The notes under the pieces are model-generated. The model was not told the origin of the DNA. It saw only the letters and a list, made by a program, of their open reading frames with translations, and searched no databases. A stretch of DNA of 63,386 nucleotides, filler included, from Reticulomyxa filosa (lineage: Eukaryota; Protista; Foraminifera): NCBI GenBank assembly GCA_000512085.1. It is 21 parts of 21 records of this genome, joined end to end, with 100 filler letters (N's around TTAATTAATTAA, not from the genome) between each part and the next. Parts side by side here need not be neighbours in the genome. Positions count along the whole stretch, not along the records: positions 48,437 to 51,996 come from ASPP01004669.1; positions 52,097 to 55,189 come from ASPP01008132.1; positions 55,290 to 58,022 come from ASPP01021795.1; positions 58,123 to 62,142 come from ASPP01021265.1; positions 62,243 to 63,386 come from ASPP01022348.1; 16 more parts are not named here. One strand, written 5' to 3'. Below, one piece after another: positions 51,182 to 63,386 of the stretch; the stretch's first letter is position 1; each line of letters starts with the position of its first letter. A program made the translations under genes and the position numbers.

Positions 51182-51922
51182 TTATTGTTTCGTTTGTTTA
51201 GAAGTGTTGGTAGCAACATTTGGTTGTGATTGTCTTCGAGAGTTGCCGTCTTCATTGTTTGTGGTTTGACCGGATGTGGTGCTAGCTGTGGCACTGGGTG
51301 CAGTATTTTGTACTGTCGACTTTGCACTGCTCGGTTGATTTGCTTGCACTGGTTGCTGAGTTTGCACCACAGTGTCAATAGCTTCCGTTTCAGGTTTTTT
51401 GGCTGAAGGTCCAAGCAACTTCAAAGCCTATCCTCACACACACATCACAAAGTAAAACAGTGTGTTCAATTTGAGTCTCGTGACTTGATAGAAACAAACA
51501 AAGAATTATTAACCAAAGAAGTCATGATATGACATCCAACAGGCAAGCATCGTTCATCGACTTGGAACGTAGGCTTGTGATGGGCATGAACTTCGTTACC
51601 TTCAACCCCACAGCCGAGGAAGAAAAAGGCTCCAGGTCTCTCTTGCAAGAAGAAGGCAAAATCTTCGGCGGCCATGGTGGGCAGACACTCTTCAAAGCCC
51701 TCGGGCAACGTTTGCTCGGCGACATGCTTGACTTGGTTAAATCCGAGTTTGTGATTGACCGTCGGAGGATAGGGAATGCCTTGCCATTCCAGTTCAATCT
51801 GCACGCCAAACGATATCTCAATTCCTTTGCAAATGTCGCGAATTCGTTGCGTCATTATCTGGCAAACCTCATCGCGCAGATAGCGAATGGTGCCTTCCAA
51901 CACTCCCTCGTCTTGGACACAA
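51182..51922 (-). CDS. M20D-family amidohydrolase, 5' partial, with low-complexity tail
   Basis: LEGTIR, YPPTVNH, MAAEDFAFF, GAFFFLG and HHKPTFQVDE. Intron 51428-51513 joins CHIMTSL to ALKLLG and a Q/T/S-rich tail. Confidence 0.9.
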
Positions 51923-52096
51923 CCAAGCAAAAAAAAGTCCTTTTATCATTACTCACTTCACTACATATACACATATATCCCCTTTTTTTTTTTTTTNNNN
52001 NNNNNNNNNNNNNNNNNNNNNNNNNNNNNNNNNNNNNNNNTTAATTAATTAANNNNNNNNNNNNNNNNNNNNNNNNNNNNNNNNNNNNNNNNNNNN

Positions 52097-52136
<40 letters not shown>

Positions 52137-52639
52137 CAATCGCAGAAAGGTATTAACTTGGCAATGTTACTCACGAGTGACCAATTGCTTCCATCTAACA
52201 TCCGTGTTGACCCTATTGCCTTTGTATCCGAGTACAGGAGTCTTATCTTTCAAACTAAACAAATTAGTTTTGTTGAGAAATAATAAAAAGAGGGAAGAGA
52301 TAAGCCACAAATCTATATTAAATTATTCATTTGATATATATATGTATATATATTACTTACTCGTTCTTTTTTTTTGGGGGGGGTCGTTTGTATCGTGCAG
52401 TGACGTTTGCAATGGACACCGACAAAGAAGTGTGCATTAAGTCGAAGGATCAAACCATTATTATTCAAATGATTGAAAGCACTGCTTTGGTTGTCACCGT
52501 TTCAAACGAATTTGGCACAAAACAGGCCATTCAAATGATCAATAAGTGTGCCAAAGTGCTGGCAAGTGTTTTGAAACTTAGCAATAGTTTAGGTACTGTT
52601 AATACCACCGACGTCTTTGGCTGGGGAGTTCTCGTTTGA
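52097..52639 (+). CDS. 3' end of a small protein (profilin/roadblock-like strand-strand-helix pattern)
   Basis: The last exon reads EVCIKSKDQTIIIQMIESTALVVTVS..AIQMINKCAKVLASVL. The fold is a guess. Confidence 0.3.
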
Positions 52640-53257
52640 TTCATTCTTTCAATACTTTTGTTTCTGTTGTTCTTTTGATGAAAGCTGCTTTCAAAAGAAT
52701 CGAAATGTTTAAATAAAATAAAATAAAAAAAGCGCATACACACATACGTGCTTATATCACGTGGCAAAACTTGTTTCGTTTTTTTTTCCTCCCTCTCTTC
52801 AGTCCTAATCAAAACACTTCTTACATGTCACCTTGGACAATTGTCATTTTAAAAACATAGAGTTATTGTTTCCATATTACAACGGCTCTTTTTTTTGATG
52901 CACGTGCTAAGTTATCGTGCATGGAGGTTTAATATCTTTATGAACGTTGTCATTCATTCTCTGGACAATAACTATCAAATGTGCATTTGCTTACATTTAG
53001 AAACGCCATTTTGGGCTAATGCAATTTACTATTTTGTCCCAAAGTAGTACTGTTTTACATTTGTTTGAATATAGGTATAAACCAATATATGTCAAAGTGT
53101 ATTGAAGTGTGTTATTTGCGTCAATAAATCTAAGGTACACTGTTGGGATCATTGAATCAAAAAGTAAGTACAAAAAGTTAGACAAAGTGTTCGTCTGTAG
53201 GGGACCTTTTAAAGGGGATAACTAGCGAAACAATTGGGGGAAAAAAATCTGGGCCTC

Positions 53258-55110
53258 ATGAGTACTAATGATCGTTTGAGGTTAATAAATGGTGCTAATC
53301 TTTCAAGTAGCCTTTTGTGGTTTCTTTGGAGTCTAGAGTTGGTGTTATTCTTTTTGCCGGCAGTTTCTGGTGTGGACTTGTACGCGCGTTTGTCAAAAGA
53401 TCATCTGAAAATTGAGATTTATTACGAAGCTAATGGAAGTAACTTTGTAGTGGGACCGCGGTTACAAAGTAGTAGCTGCAGGGATATATTTTCTCCTTGG
53501 ACTAGCCAACAATTGGGCAGCAGAGCAAAATGCGAATGGAGCGGGAACGACGATGAAAGCCGACATGTCAAGTTTGGATTGTTGTTGTTGACAGTACAAT
53601 TGTGCGATGAGTCAAAAATACTGCCATCCGACGAAATAATGATAAGTCCAAACACTTTGATGCAATGGTGGTCGTGGCAAAATCGATCGAGCGCAATACC
53701 AGTGAAAGAGCGGACAATGTTGCGTATTTCTCTGCCACTCGATGGTGAAGAATATAAAAAAGAAGAAGAAAAAGAATACGACCGAATAGATCCTTACGTG
53801 CCAAGGATCCGAATTCAATATCCACGATACGTCACCAATTGTCAAAATATCTTTTTGGACGCACGTTCTTCGTCCAATTTAGGTGAGAAAATATTATTTC
53901 GGTTTTTTTTTTTTTTTTTTTTGTTTAATTCTCCCTCCCCCCCCGTATATGATGTATACATATACGTATACAATATATACATGTATATAATGTATATAAT
54001 GGTATGATAATAAATAAGGGGGTCGAGATCCAATGTTTACATGGTTTGTGAAAGAAGAAGAAAGCTCAATAAAACTTCCGCAAACATCTTACTTTGGAAT
54101 GTACACGCACATCCCTTGCTCGCATTTGCAAGGGGTGGTAGGTAAGATTGTGTTGGGGTTACGTGTGAGGACATGGTACGGCCGGTTGCACATTTGGAGT
54201 AATAATGGCGATGAAGAAGATATAGTGATAACGGTAGGAGACAGCACGACCGAGTACATCCCGCAAATGACAATAGAAGCGTTGTATCGCAGAGATGAAG
54301 GTCCTTTTGCAAAGCCCGCGGGTTTGGTGATGACCACAGCAAATGTCAACAGTACGTGGGATTGCAATTGCTCGTGGGCGCACATTTGTCGGCGGAGCTA
54401 CAATCAACACGAATGGCAATTAAAGAATTATGAACATATCTCCTCTTCCTCTTCCTCTTCCTCTTCCTCTTCCTTTAAGGAAACCTCCAAGTTCATCGAC
54501 TTGGCGCATGCACCAAAGAAAAAGACCACCACCACCACCACCACCAGTAATGAGCCATTTTTCATCCCCGATTGGAAACTGCAACCTGGAATCAAATACG
54601 TATTTACTCATTCGATGTATTCGTGGCAACCTCACTGCCGAAACGCTTTGCACGAGTACACGTTCGTATATGGCGCCCCTTTTTACACTTGCAACATATT
54701 TTCTCGCTATCTACCCTCTGATACATACTTGGAAATGGACAAATCCTATTTTGTTAGCGATTTTCTCCTTTCTTTGGAAGGCCAAAGTGGATCATCGACT
54801 TTCGTTATCAATGGTGGGATCAACTTTGGTGACATTGCTGACGTCGATTCCAATACAGGGTTTCCTCGCTTGCCCTTCTTTTGGAGGTGGACGTGCCTTC
54901 GATCCAAATGGATTGGTCTTCAACAAGTACATACAAAAACAGAAACAGAAACAGATACAGACACAGAAACATCAATAAAGGGATATTGGGATGACTACTC
55001 CAACTGCAATTATCTGTTCCAACCTGGAACTCATCGACAGCATTATAATGTTTTCTTTCACAATGAAGCGCAGGCTGTTCATAATGGGAATATCTATCGA
55101 TACCAGTTCA
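53258..55110 (+). CDS. Secreted/membrane REJ (PKD1-like) domain protein, 3' partial
   Basis: Signal-like hydrophobic stretch, CRDIFS..LGSRAKCEWS..LTVQL..ILPSDEI and PRYVTNCQNIFLDARSSSNLG|GRDPMFTW resemble protist REJ-protein N-termini. Confidence 0.6.
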
Positions 55111-55350
55111 AACTTATACACATATACATATATGTATATACTTTTTTTTTTTTTTTTTCTTCTTTCTTTTATTATTATTATTATTATTANNNNNNNNNNN
55201 NNNNNNNNNNNNNNNNNNNNNNNNNNNNNNNNNTTAATTAATTAANNNNNNNNNNNNNNNNNNNNNNNNNNNNNNNNNNNNNNNNNNNNCAATACATAAA
55301 TAAATAAATAAATAAATAATATAAAACAACAAAGACAAGAAAGTAAGGAG

Positions 55351-56491
55351 ATGAATGTCGACGATGAAAATGTCGACATGAATGTCAATGACGAGTCAAC
55401 CGAAAAGAGTAACGAGGCGACAATGCCGGAGCCAATGATAAAGAATTTGGCAGCGGCGGAACTGTATCAACGCAATGCGAAAGAGTTTGACGCAACGAGC
55501 CAAATGCTGCTGCGAGGCAACGCGACAATGTTTGGCTTGCGTTGGCCAAACTTGCTGGACAATAACCCCTTCTTTTGGAAATGTGCGCACGGCAATAGTA
55601 CTCACGCCGATGGAAATGCCCAAAGTGATGATGGCCATCACTTGGACTGCTATTCTCATAAGCACTTTTATGTATATGTCCCCACGTGCAAGACTTGCAG
55701 CGGCTCCACTTGCACCGTCGAAGGAAATGACAAAGACAATCCCACTGACAATCGCACATCCGATGATGATACCACTCGCAAGTACAGCAATGATACAACA
55801 ATAACTCATAAAGGGTCTAACAAAGAAAACGAAAAGATTTTGAGTTGGACAGTTTGGTGGTTTATATATACATATACATATACATATATATACATATATA
55901 TATGTATATGTATATATATATATATTTGTTTATTTATTTATTTATATGCTTGTTGTATGGAATATAGGTGATAGTCAATCTTCGATCGATTGGTCGAGTG
56001 ATGACGACAACTTGTTCAACGCGTTTCGCCGTCCGTCCAAAAAAAAACGTCGATTTGATTCCACAACTGCTCATTTCATACACTTGTCTTTGGAGCCAGT
56101 CAAACCTCTCTTACTAACTCATCCCTACACTGCAAATACTACAAATGCTACCGACACCCTTACTGCTGTCTCGTCATCATCATCATCAATGGTAGCATCA
56201 TCAACATCAACACCAACGCTAACATCAACATCAACATCACGCAATCCCTCCAATCTTTGTCGCAGTTCAAATGATCGATACACTTGTCCCAATGTGAATC
56301 ATAATGATTCGACATCGCTTGAACCAACAGATTCCTCACTTTGGTGGAATACCATCCCCCCTTCTACTTCTTCCTCTACCTCCACTTGCAACAACAATGG
56401 TTGTTGCAGTTGGAATGCCCTATTAAACGATAACCAATCATATCACACCACTGATGACTCCATTCCGGAGGTGGATATCAATGAATTGTAA
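55351..56491 (+). CDS. 3' exons of a hypothetical S/T/D/N-rich protein
   Basis: Two ORFs separated by a TA-rich intron. No domain recognised. Confidence 0.4.
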
Positions 56492-57105
56492 CCTTCTTCC
56501 TCCACTTTTTTTTTTCATTGTAGTGTTTTCCAAAAAAAAAAATAGTTTTCCAAAATAAAATTAAAATGTTTGTCATTTCTCTTATATTTTTCTTCATGCT
56601 TAAAAAAATAATAAGTTCCAGTGCGGAACCGATTGTAGGTGTAACCACCTCACTACAGTGTAGAATTGGACACTGTTTTATGTTTGCAAAACTGATGAAT
56701 TTGTCTTAATTTTTGTCCCAAATGGACATAACTGTCTATTCGTACTGCAAAACTTATACGAAATAACAACATCACAAAAAGTACAAGTTTTTTCAAGAAT
56801 AGAAAAGTAGCAAAAAAAAAAAGAATTGTGTTGTACAAAACTCTGTGTAGAATTTGTAAAACTGCCTCTTTTCTTTTAAATTTAATCAAAAGAAGAAAAT
56901 TAAATTTTTCACCATTTGAGGTGATTTTGGATATGGATGAAGTTTTGTTCGAAAATAGGCCGAAAAGAACAGATGAGAACTGTCTTAAAAAAAAGTGATA
57001 AAAATTATCGGCATTTTCCAAATTTGTGACAATATATTTTTTTTTTGGGAGGGGTTATTTATTTTTTTCTGTTCTTGTTAAAACAGTCTCTATTCTTTCT
57101 TGTTT

Positions 57106-58014
57106 ACTATGAATAACCTCCCACAAATAACACCTTCAGTTGGTGTATCTACAAGTTTGGTGAATACTTCTGACTTTGTTCGTATTTCGATGAACAACTC
57201 GAATGGAATGAATTTACGTTTCTTGACCACACCTTTGTCCCAACATTTGGATGTATTATGTCCACCGATTGTTCCAATAGCAATTCCAATGAATTTCGAA
57301 GATGCTAAAGATCCAAATGAGGCCAAAAGCATTCAATCTCTTGTAATGTTGCAGTCGTCTTTGGGAGATTTGTGGAAGCGTCATTGTTGGCACAGTGCAC
57401 AAACAATTTGCCAAAAGCAATGTACACAAAGCAAAATAAAAAAAAATTGATTTGAATGTATCTGAAAATCATTAACAAAAAAAAAAAAAAAAAAAATAAG
57501 ATGAAGATGTACAAAATCCTTGGCGCAAATATTGGTTATCAAATGTAATGTTAATTGGTTTACAACGTATGATTTGTGCAATGATAAATGACAGCTTACC
57601 AAAAAGAGTTGAAGAGAATGATGCTAAAAGTGAAAAAAAAAACTACCTTGTCCATTAATATTTTTAAACACGAAAGTGAATTGGAAAGCATTATTTGAGA
57701 ACGTGACCCAATCACAACGATGGAAACAGTTTTATTTTGTATTTGAACAAACGGTCAAAGGATGGCATGATATATGGAAAAGCAATGAAATGAAGCAAGA
57801 TTTGTCAATCGAGCAAAAAATTAAAATTCAGAAAAAAGTGCTATGTCTGCCATCGTATATGCAATTTTTTATTAATGTCATTTGTCTCCGTATGCAAATG
57901 CACGATTTTCGATGTGTCAGTGTCAATTTGCAATATACATTGTTTCGAGAATTCGGCCACGTCCTTTCTGCTTCTAAGTTGGCTTTTTTTTGTCTTTACT
58001 ACAAAATAACATAA
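57106..58014 (+). CDS. Hypothetical protein, multi-exon or frameshifted, 3' partial
   Basis: Protein-like ORFs at 57100-57450 and 57676-58014. Structure unresolved. Confidence 0.3.
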
Positions 58015-58122
58015 GATATATANNNNNNNNNNNNNNNNNNNNNNNNNNNNNNNNNNNNNNNNNNNNTTAATTAATTAANNNNNNNNNNNNNNNNNNNNNN
58101 NNNNNNNNNNNNNNNNNNNNNN

Positions 58123-58154
<32 letters not shown>

Positions 58155-59267
58155 GTATATATATGTATATGTACATATACATTAAGTTTTTTTTTTTGTC
58201 GACCCAATGGCATCCTTTTTTTTTTTGATATGCGCAAATAAAGCGTTACAGAATCCCTCTTCCCATTTCCACGGCAAGGTTATGAACGGCTCTTCTGCGA
58301 ATGATAAAGAAATTTCCCTGGTGGAACAACACCATCAGTCGTCGTCATAGACTTTTTCTTCCTTGTGGGAACATTACTTAAATTTCAATTTGAATATTCT
58401 ATTATTCCATCTACAGTTATCCAGGCTTGTTTCATTTGGCCTTGCGAATTGCATTTGCAACTGGAGTCACTTACAGCGTATGCGCTGTTTCATTCCCGCC
58501 ATTTCAAACAAAGTTTTTGCTTGTTTGTTTGTTAGCTGGCTGACTCTTTATGTGCAACCTTGTAATACAAAAATATCGGGAACACACCAACCTCATTTGC
58601 TAATATACTGATAAATCTATTATTCCTTTTTTGTGTGTGTGTTTTTTTCGCTTTTATTGCGCATTCTTCTGAAAATTAATTATTTCATTAAAAAAAGTTA
58701 GGAACGGGATAGTTTTATTGTAAATTTGGGATCATGCAGAAGATACTTTTTTTTGTGCAAAAAAAAATCAAGAAAATCATTGACAAGAGAATAACTTTTA
58801 AAGTTCGACTGTAATTTTTTTTTTTTTTGTCTTTAAATCAAAGCTTTCTAATTTGACTTTTCACAACGTAACCTAAGTCATAAAATGTTAGGTTTCGATA
58901 AGTCATCAGCATCTTAGATCTGAAAAATTGTTTAGATAGTTTTTGGACACAAAACTCTTCTTAATATAAATTATTTTTTGAACTGGCTGTTACCTTTAAA
59001 GCATTCAACATTTTTTGGTGAAAAACAGACATTAAAAAGCAAACTTTTTGAGTGGCAACTAAATTCAATATCACTAAAAAATAAAGTGTCAACATGGCTA
59101 GTGTTTGTTATCATTGAGATCTCTCACGTTTTGTTTCATATATTGAACATATATTAGAGTGATTTTCTGTTCTTGGCAGAAAGTCAATTTAAACAAAAAT
59201 TTGGACAAACCTCAAAAAGCAAAACTAGTTTTTTTTCACAAATTAAAAACAAAACCAATCAACTAAA

Positions 59268-62129
59268 TCAATTTTCAAAAATGCATTGAAGCGCTTGGAT
59301 AACAGCCTTAGTGGCCGCTTCATGTGGTGTACGAGCAGTGACTCGTAGAGCTTGTTTGGGTTCATTAAATTCTACTCGCAGCAGCACCGGGAAAGTGATA
59401 TTTTTTCCTTGTTTTTTTGTTGCAAAGGTAAGCCGAGAGCAGCCAACGCTGTTATCAGGATTTTTGTCAATTCCCTCAATTAAGCCAATACTCAAGCTGT
59501 CAGAGAGAATTTTTTTCAAGTCGCTGGAGCTGACACTGTCACCGGTGATTCGAATTACTTGTTTTTCTTCTTTGGGGACCTGTTCCCATCGTTGTCGAAA
59601 TTGTGAAGCTTCAATGGGATAAGCAGAAAAGAATTTGGTGACGATAGCAGGGAACTGTGCCTCAATGCGATATTGTTCCCCTTTGCAAGTGAAAGAGATG
59701 AGAGCAGAAGGGACTGCAGCAGGTGGTTGCAATAGAGACACGCGACATTTTTGTTGCATTTGTTGTTGGGCGTCAATATCAAAGGGTTCAGTAGGACTAA
59801 TCTCCAGTTCGACACCTTCCACCTTCTTCACATCCATGGAGACGGCCTCAATGGGCGAATTGGACTTATTTCCATAAAACAAAATGACGCGCATTACACC
59901 CGTCTCACTTTCAATCTGCGACTTGATGCCAATTTGCAGCATGGAATCTTCATACAGCAGAGCAGAGTGTAGCATAAACAGTTTGCGCCATAATTTTCGT
60001 TCTTGTTTCAGTTCTTTGATTTTGTTCGACTTGGTAGATGGATTGGGAGTTGTGACCGCCAGCACACCAAAGTCATCTCCCCCCATACCGAATAGATCGA
60101 GTATATCTGATTGTTGATGTTGTTGTTGTTGTTGAGACTGACCACCTGGCGTTGGTTTACTCGAGGTCGAGTCTTTGTTTGCATTGGATTGAATGTTATA
60201 TCCAATGCCTTCATCACTTCGACGAGTGGTGGTATTTTTGGCTTCTGGCTTTGGTTCCCCTTCTTCTGCTTCTTCTTCTGCTTCTGCTTCTTCTTTATTG
60301 CCATCGACGCCCTTGGTGGTCACAGTGTCATTATCAGTATCACTCTGCACGTCCCTGCCAACTCCAGCGCCCTCTTTCTTTCGAACAATCTTCATCAGAT
60401 TGCTTTCGCGTTCGGGGAAGTCGGGCATTGCATCCCAGACGCCGGAGATGAGCGACTGGTTTTGGTACGACGCCATGGCATCGTATTCAATGGCGCGTTG
60501 CTGCAGTTCCGTGTCGACCGAGGTCCTGAATGACTGGAAGATGGTGACAATGGTAGGGGCGAGATCTTCGTACAGGTTTGCAAATTTCATATACGTCGAC
60601 AGCAGCAATGCCTTGGTGACAATGGTGGAGCTTTGAAAGTGTTTATGCAGCACCTCAAACTGCTGTTTGCCATCGGTATCGAGCAAGTGTCCAAACTCGC
60701 CCAAAATGTAGCCTCCAGTTTTAAGCAAGGATTCGTGGACGGGTGGATTCTGCAAGTTTTTGAACACCATTTCGGCGGCATACTTTTGTAAGGACTCATC
60801 GTTGGTGACGATTTGAATGACTCGATGCCAGACGTCTTCTGCGACAAAGTCTCCTGCAATGGTAAGCAACTGCAATACAATATTGATATACCATTCCATG
60901 TTAGTGGCAAACTTTTCGGCAAGAATGGCAATCTTCAATACCATATCTTCGCGCATTTGATATTCTGCCTTGGACAAATACTTGAGCAGATGCTCCAGTA
61001 TCTCTTCGACATTGCTGCTGTCGCAAATGCTATACAACAAATCGAGCGCACGCTTTCGAATCGATATGTCGCTATCGTCCAACGAAAATTGAATGGTGCG
61101 CAAATGTCGCTTAATAGTCCTGTGCGTCTTGGGCAGCTTTGCCAGACGTGACATTGTGTCCAGTCCCAAATAACGTATATTGCTTTCCTTCACGCTAATG
61201 AAATGCAGCAGCTTGTTCACTGCTCGCTCGTGCAAAATGTCCAAATCGTGCAGATTCAAGTGGATAATCACATTCATTGCTTCAAATAAAATCGCATGAT
61301 CCGCGTGATTTTTATTCACACTTTGCGTCACTTCCGTTTTCCCGAGAATGGTATCAAGGATATTCTGCAACTTGTCCAATGTTATCTTGTCTGACAACGG
61401 CGGTGGGAAAAATTGCAACAATCGCAATAACTTAATTTGCAACCATGGGTCCGGCGTGCGGTAATAAATGTACTCTTTGTTACATTGTCGATCCACGATC
61501 AACGTTGCCAATAATCTCACTACCAATGGCACCACGTTTGTATACGTAGCGGTATCATATGTGGCCAAACCTGTCAATAAACTTACCACACTTGTCACCA
61601 CGCCAATGTTCTTTTGCTCCGCCAAACGGATTATATCGGGTGCCAACTCGGCTGGAGGTAGGTTGTCTGGGTATTGTCGCAATAAACGTAACAAACATAA
61701 TGCTGCTTTTTTGCGTACAAACGCCAATGACGTACCGCTTACCAACAATCTCTGTACATCACTCGTTAATGCTTCCGCAAACTCAACTCCTCCCACATTC
61801 GCTATGCATGTCAATGCCAATGACTGAAATACTTCATTTGGTGATGCCAAGTCGTTTTTTATTGTTTGGATACATAATCGTAACATCTCTGTATGCTCTA
61901 TCAACAACAGTGAGACAGCTACGTAGCCCACCTGCTTCTCTGCAAACTTTTGCGACCTAATCAAATCTACACACTGAATGTGTCCTATATCTACTGAATA
62001 TCCCAAAATGTACATGTACATTATTTTCCACATGTACTTGCGCTGCGCGTGTGTCTTTAAATCTTTCGATGGCTTGTCAAATGCTGCTCGAATTTTTGCC
62101 AATTCTTTGTCTACTCTCTCTCTTTCTTC
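59268..62129 (-). CDS. AP2A: AP-2 adaptor complex subunit alpha (alpha-adaptin), first exon missing
   Basis: RVDKELAKIR..KYMWKIMYMYILGY..EKQVGY, PWLQIKLLRLLQ, NIRYLGL, DISIRKRALDLLY, ELQQRAIEY and MPDFPERES, followed by a hinge and an ear domain (LYEDSMLQIGIK). Confidence 0.97.
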   Translation of the reverse strand, partial: EERERVDKELAKIRAAFDKPSKDLKTHAQRKYMWKIMYMYILGYSVDIGHIQCVDLIRSQKFAEKQVGYVAVSLLLIEHTEMLRLCIQTIKNDLASPNEVFQSLALTCIANVGGVEFAEALTSDVQRLLVSGTSLAFVRKKAALCLLRLLRQYPDNLPPAELAPDIIRLAEQKNIGVVTSVVSLLTGLATYDTATYTNVVPLVVRLLATLIVDRQCNKEYIYYRTPDPWLQIKLLRLLQFFPPPLSDKITLDKLQNILDTILGKTEVTQSVNKNHADHAILFEAMNVIIHLNLHDLDILHERAVNKLLHFISVKESNIRYLGLDTMSRLAKLPKTHRTIKRHLRTIQFSLDDSDISIRKRALDLLYSICDSSNVEEILEHLLKYLSKAEYQMREDMVLKIAILAEKFATNMEWYINIVLQLLTIAGDFVAEDVWHRVIQIVTNDESLQKYAAEMVFKNLQNPPVHESLLKTGGYILGEFGHLLDTDGKQQFEVLHKHFQSSTIVTKALLLSTYMKFANLYEDLAPTIVTIFQSFRTSVDTELQQRAIEYDAMASYQNQSLISGVWDAMPDFPERESNLMKIVRKKEGAGVGRDVQSDTDNDTVTTKGVDGNKEEAEAEEEAEEGEPKPEAKNTTTRRSDEGIGYNIQSNANKDSTSSKPTPGGQSQQQQQHQQSDILDLFGMGGDDFGVLAVTTPNPSTKSNKIKELKQERKLWRKLFMLHSALLYEDSMLQIGIKSQIESETGVMRVILFYGNKSNSPIEAVSMDVKKVEGVELEISPTEPFDIDAQQQMQQKCRVSLLQPPAAVPSALISFTCKGEQYRIEAQFPAIVTKFFSAYPIEASQFRQRWEQVPKEEKQVIRITGDSVSSSDLKKILSDSLSIGLIEGIDKNPDNSVGCSRLTFATKKQGKNITFPVLLRVEFNEPKQALRVTARTPHEAATKAVIQALQCIFEN

Positions 62130-62243
62130 CTGTCACACACACNNNNNNNNNNNNNNNNNNNNNNNNNNNNNNNNNNNNNNNNNNNNTTAATTAATTAANN
62201 NNNNNNNNNNNNNNNNNNNNNNNNNNNNNNNNNNNNNNNNNNC

Positions 62244-63180
62244 AACGATATCTTTGCCAATGCATTTAAACACATGTTACAGACAGTGCAAGTGGATTTA
62301 TCCATGTTTGCTGATGAACAAAAGCGAGGTCGAAATCTATAATCATATACAAGCGGATGTTATGATCAATTTATTGTATTCACACTGCAACAGTTTATAT
62401 CCAAAGTCCAAGACAAAGTATTGGCCTCTAAACCCACATTGAACTCTGGATCACTTGGAAAATTTTATCAATTTCATTGGAGGGAAATCGGTCATATCAC
62501 CGAGAGTGCCTCCAAAATTAATATGGATGATTTAAAACATTTGAAAATTCATTCAGTTGGATTGTTTGGAATAAAGGAAGAAGTGATTTGTCAATTGCAA
62601 ACATTGAATTGCATATCCAAGCCCATACAAGATATTTTAAGCATGGGTTTGTAAGCAATAATTAATTTGAAAGACGCCTTTTTAAAGTTGGAGACTCCAA
62701 AAGAATCGGAACTGATGTCAAGTCAAGTAATGTGGAAATTGCATTATTTTTTTGGTCAGAAATTGACTCATTTACAGATATTAAACGAAGTAATTCTTCT
62801 TCCCTTCTTTTTGAGAGTGTTATTGGAAGTCTGTTCGACTGTTTGCATAAGGATATCGCAAAGTGAATTGGTCAATTTTTACGTGGACAAACAAACTGTG
62901 CAAGACAAGACGGAAGAAGAATAAGAACAGAGGCATGGGAGGTGGAATTCAAGTCGGAATGAAAAAACAACAAAAAAACAACGTGTCCTGTAACGTCGAA
63001 AAAATGCAGTTATTTCCAATTGAGAAGGAAAGAAAGCAAGAGAGTTCAAACGGAAGTGTAATATCAAAGCGTACACTTGTAATTGAAGGAGCACAGTCCA
63101 CCATGGTATCAAGAGAAGATTGACACAGCACACAAGAGCAATACGACTCTGAAATATCAAAACTCGATAGTGAATATAGT
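62244..63180 (+). pseudogene. Decayed coding sequence with in-frame TAA stops
   Basis: One frame reads as protein-like from 62244 to 62924 but is broken by TAA at about 62340, 62652 and 62922. Confidence 0.4.
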
Positions 63181-63386
63181 AATTTTTTGCCTACATGTGC
63201 AAGACGAAAAATTTTGCAAAGATTAGAGGAATAGCAATTTAAAAAATGGATGATTTTTTTCCTGTTAATAATAGCAATTTGAATGTATCCTTTTCAAAAG
63301 AAGATTTTGACAATGGTATCAACATCTTAACCAAATAAATTCCGGACAAAGCATCATATTGTTCACTTTTGGACAATAAATTTAAA

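Noticed and set aside
62244-62924. In-frame TAA codons as evidence of a reassigned genetic code
   Set aside because: Conserved long genes (AP2A, Furry) have no internal stops, and TAA, TAG and TGA all end genes here. Pseudogene decay is simpler.

Overview
This window is not contiguous DNA. It is about 21 short contigs joined by artificial 100-nt linkers (N44-TTAATTAATTAA-N44, with stops in all six frames). Most contigs come from an AT-rich, intron-containing eukaryote. Its gene families (WD40, Kelch, TPR, RING/TRAF-like, PUB-containing), (TA)n/poly-T/poly-A introns and homopolymer frameshifts look like the foraminiferan Reticulomyxa filosa; this is an inference from recall, not a search. Recognisable eukaryotic genes are a TLDc protein, an RRM protein, a Kelch propeller, a prenylatable alpha/beta-hydrolase, a TBC Rab-GAP, Furry/MOR2/Tao3, a CH-CH-coiled-coil-WD40 fusion, a RasGAP, a 7TM-like protein, cytochrome b5 reductase, an EF-hand protein, a degenerate DEAD-box protein, SNAPC3, Met-tRNA formyltransferase, a C-CAP-like protein, an M20 amidohydrolase, a REJ-like protein and AP-2 alpha. 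Two contigs are bacterial. One (19644-20698) holds a toxin-like C-terminus coupled to two paralogous lipoproteins. The other (22004-23177) is a betaproteobacterial sdhR(GntR)-sdhC locus with its operator. The best leads are the candidate toxin/tandem-immunity module, a DEAD-box pseudo-helicase, an unexplained ~120-nt structured RNA candidate, the actin-binding-domain/WD40 chimera, and introns with A-rich rather than pyrimidine-rich 3' ends. Splice sites were read by eye and are predictions.
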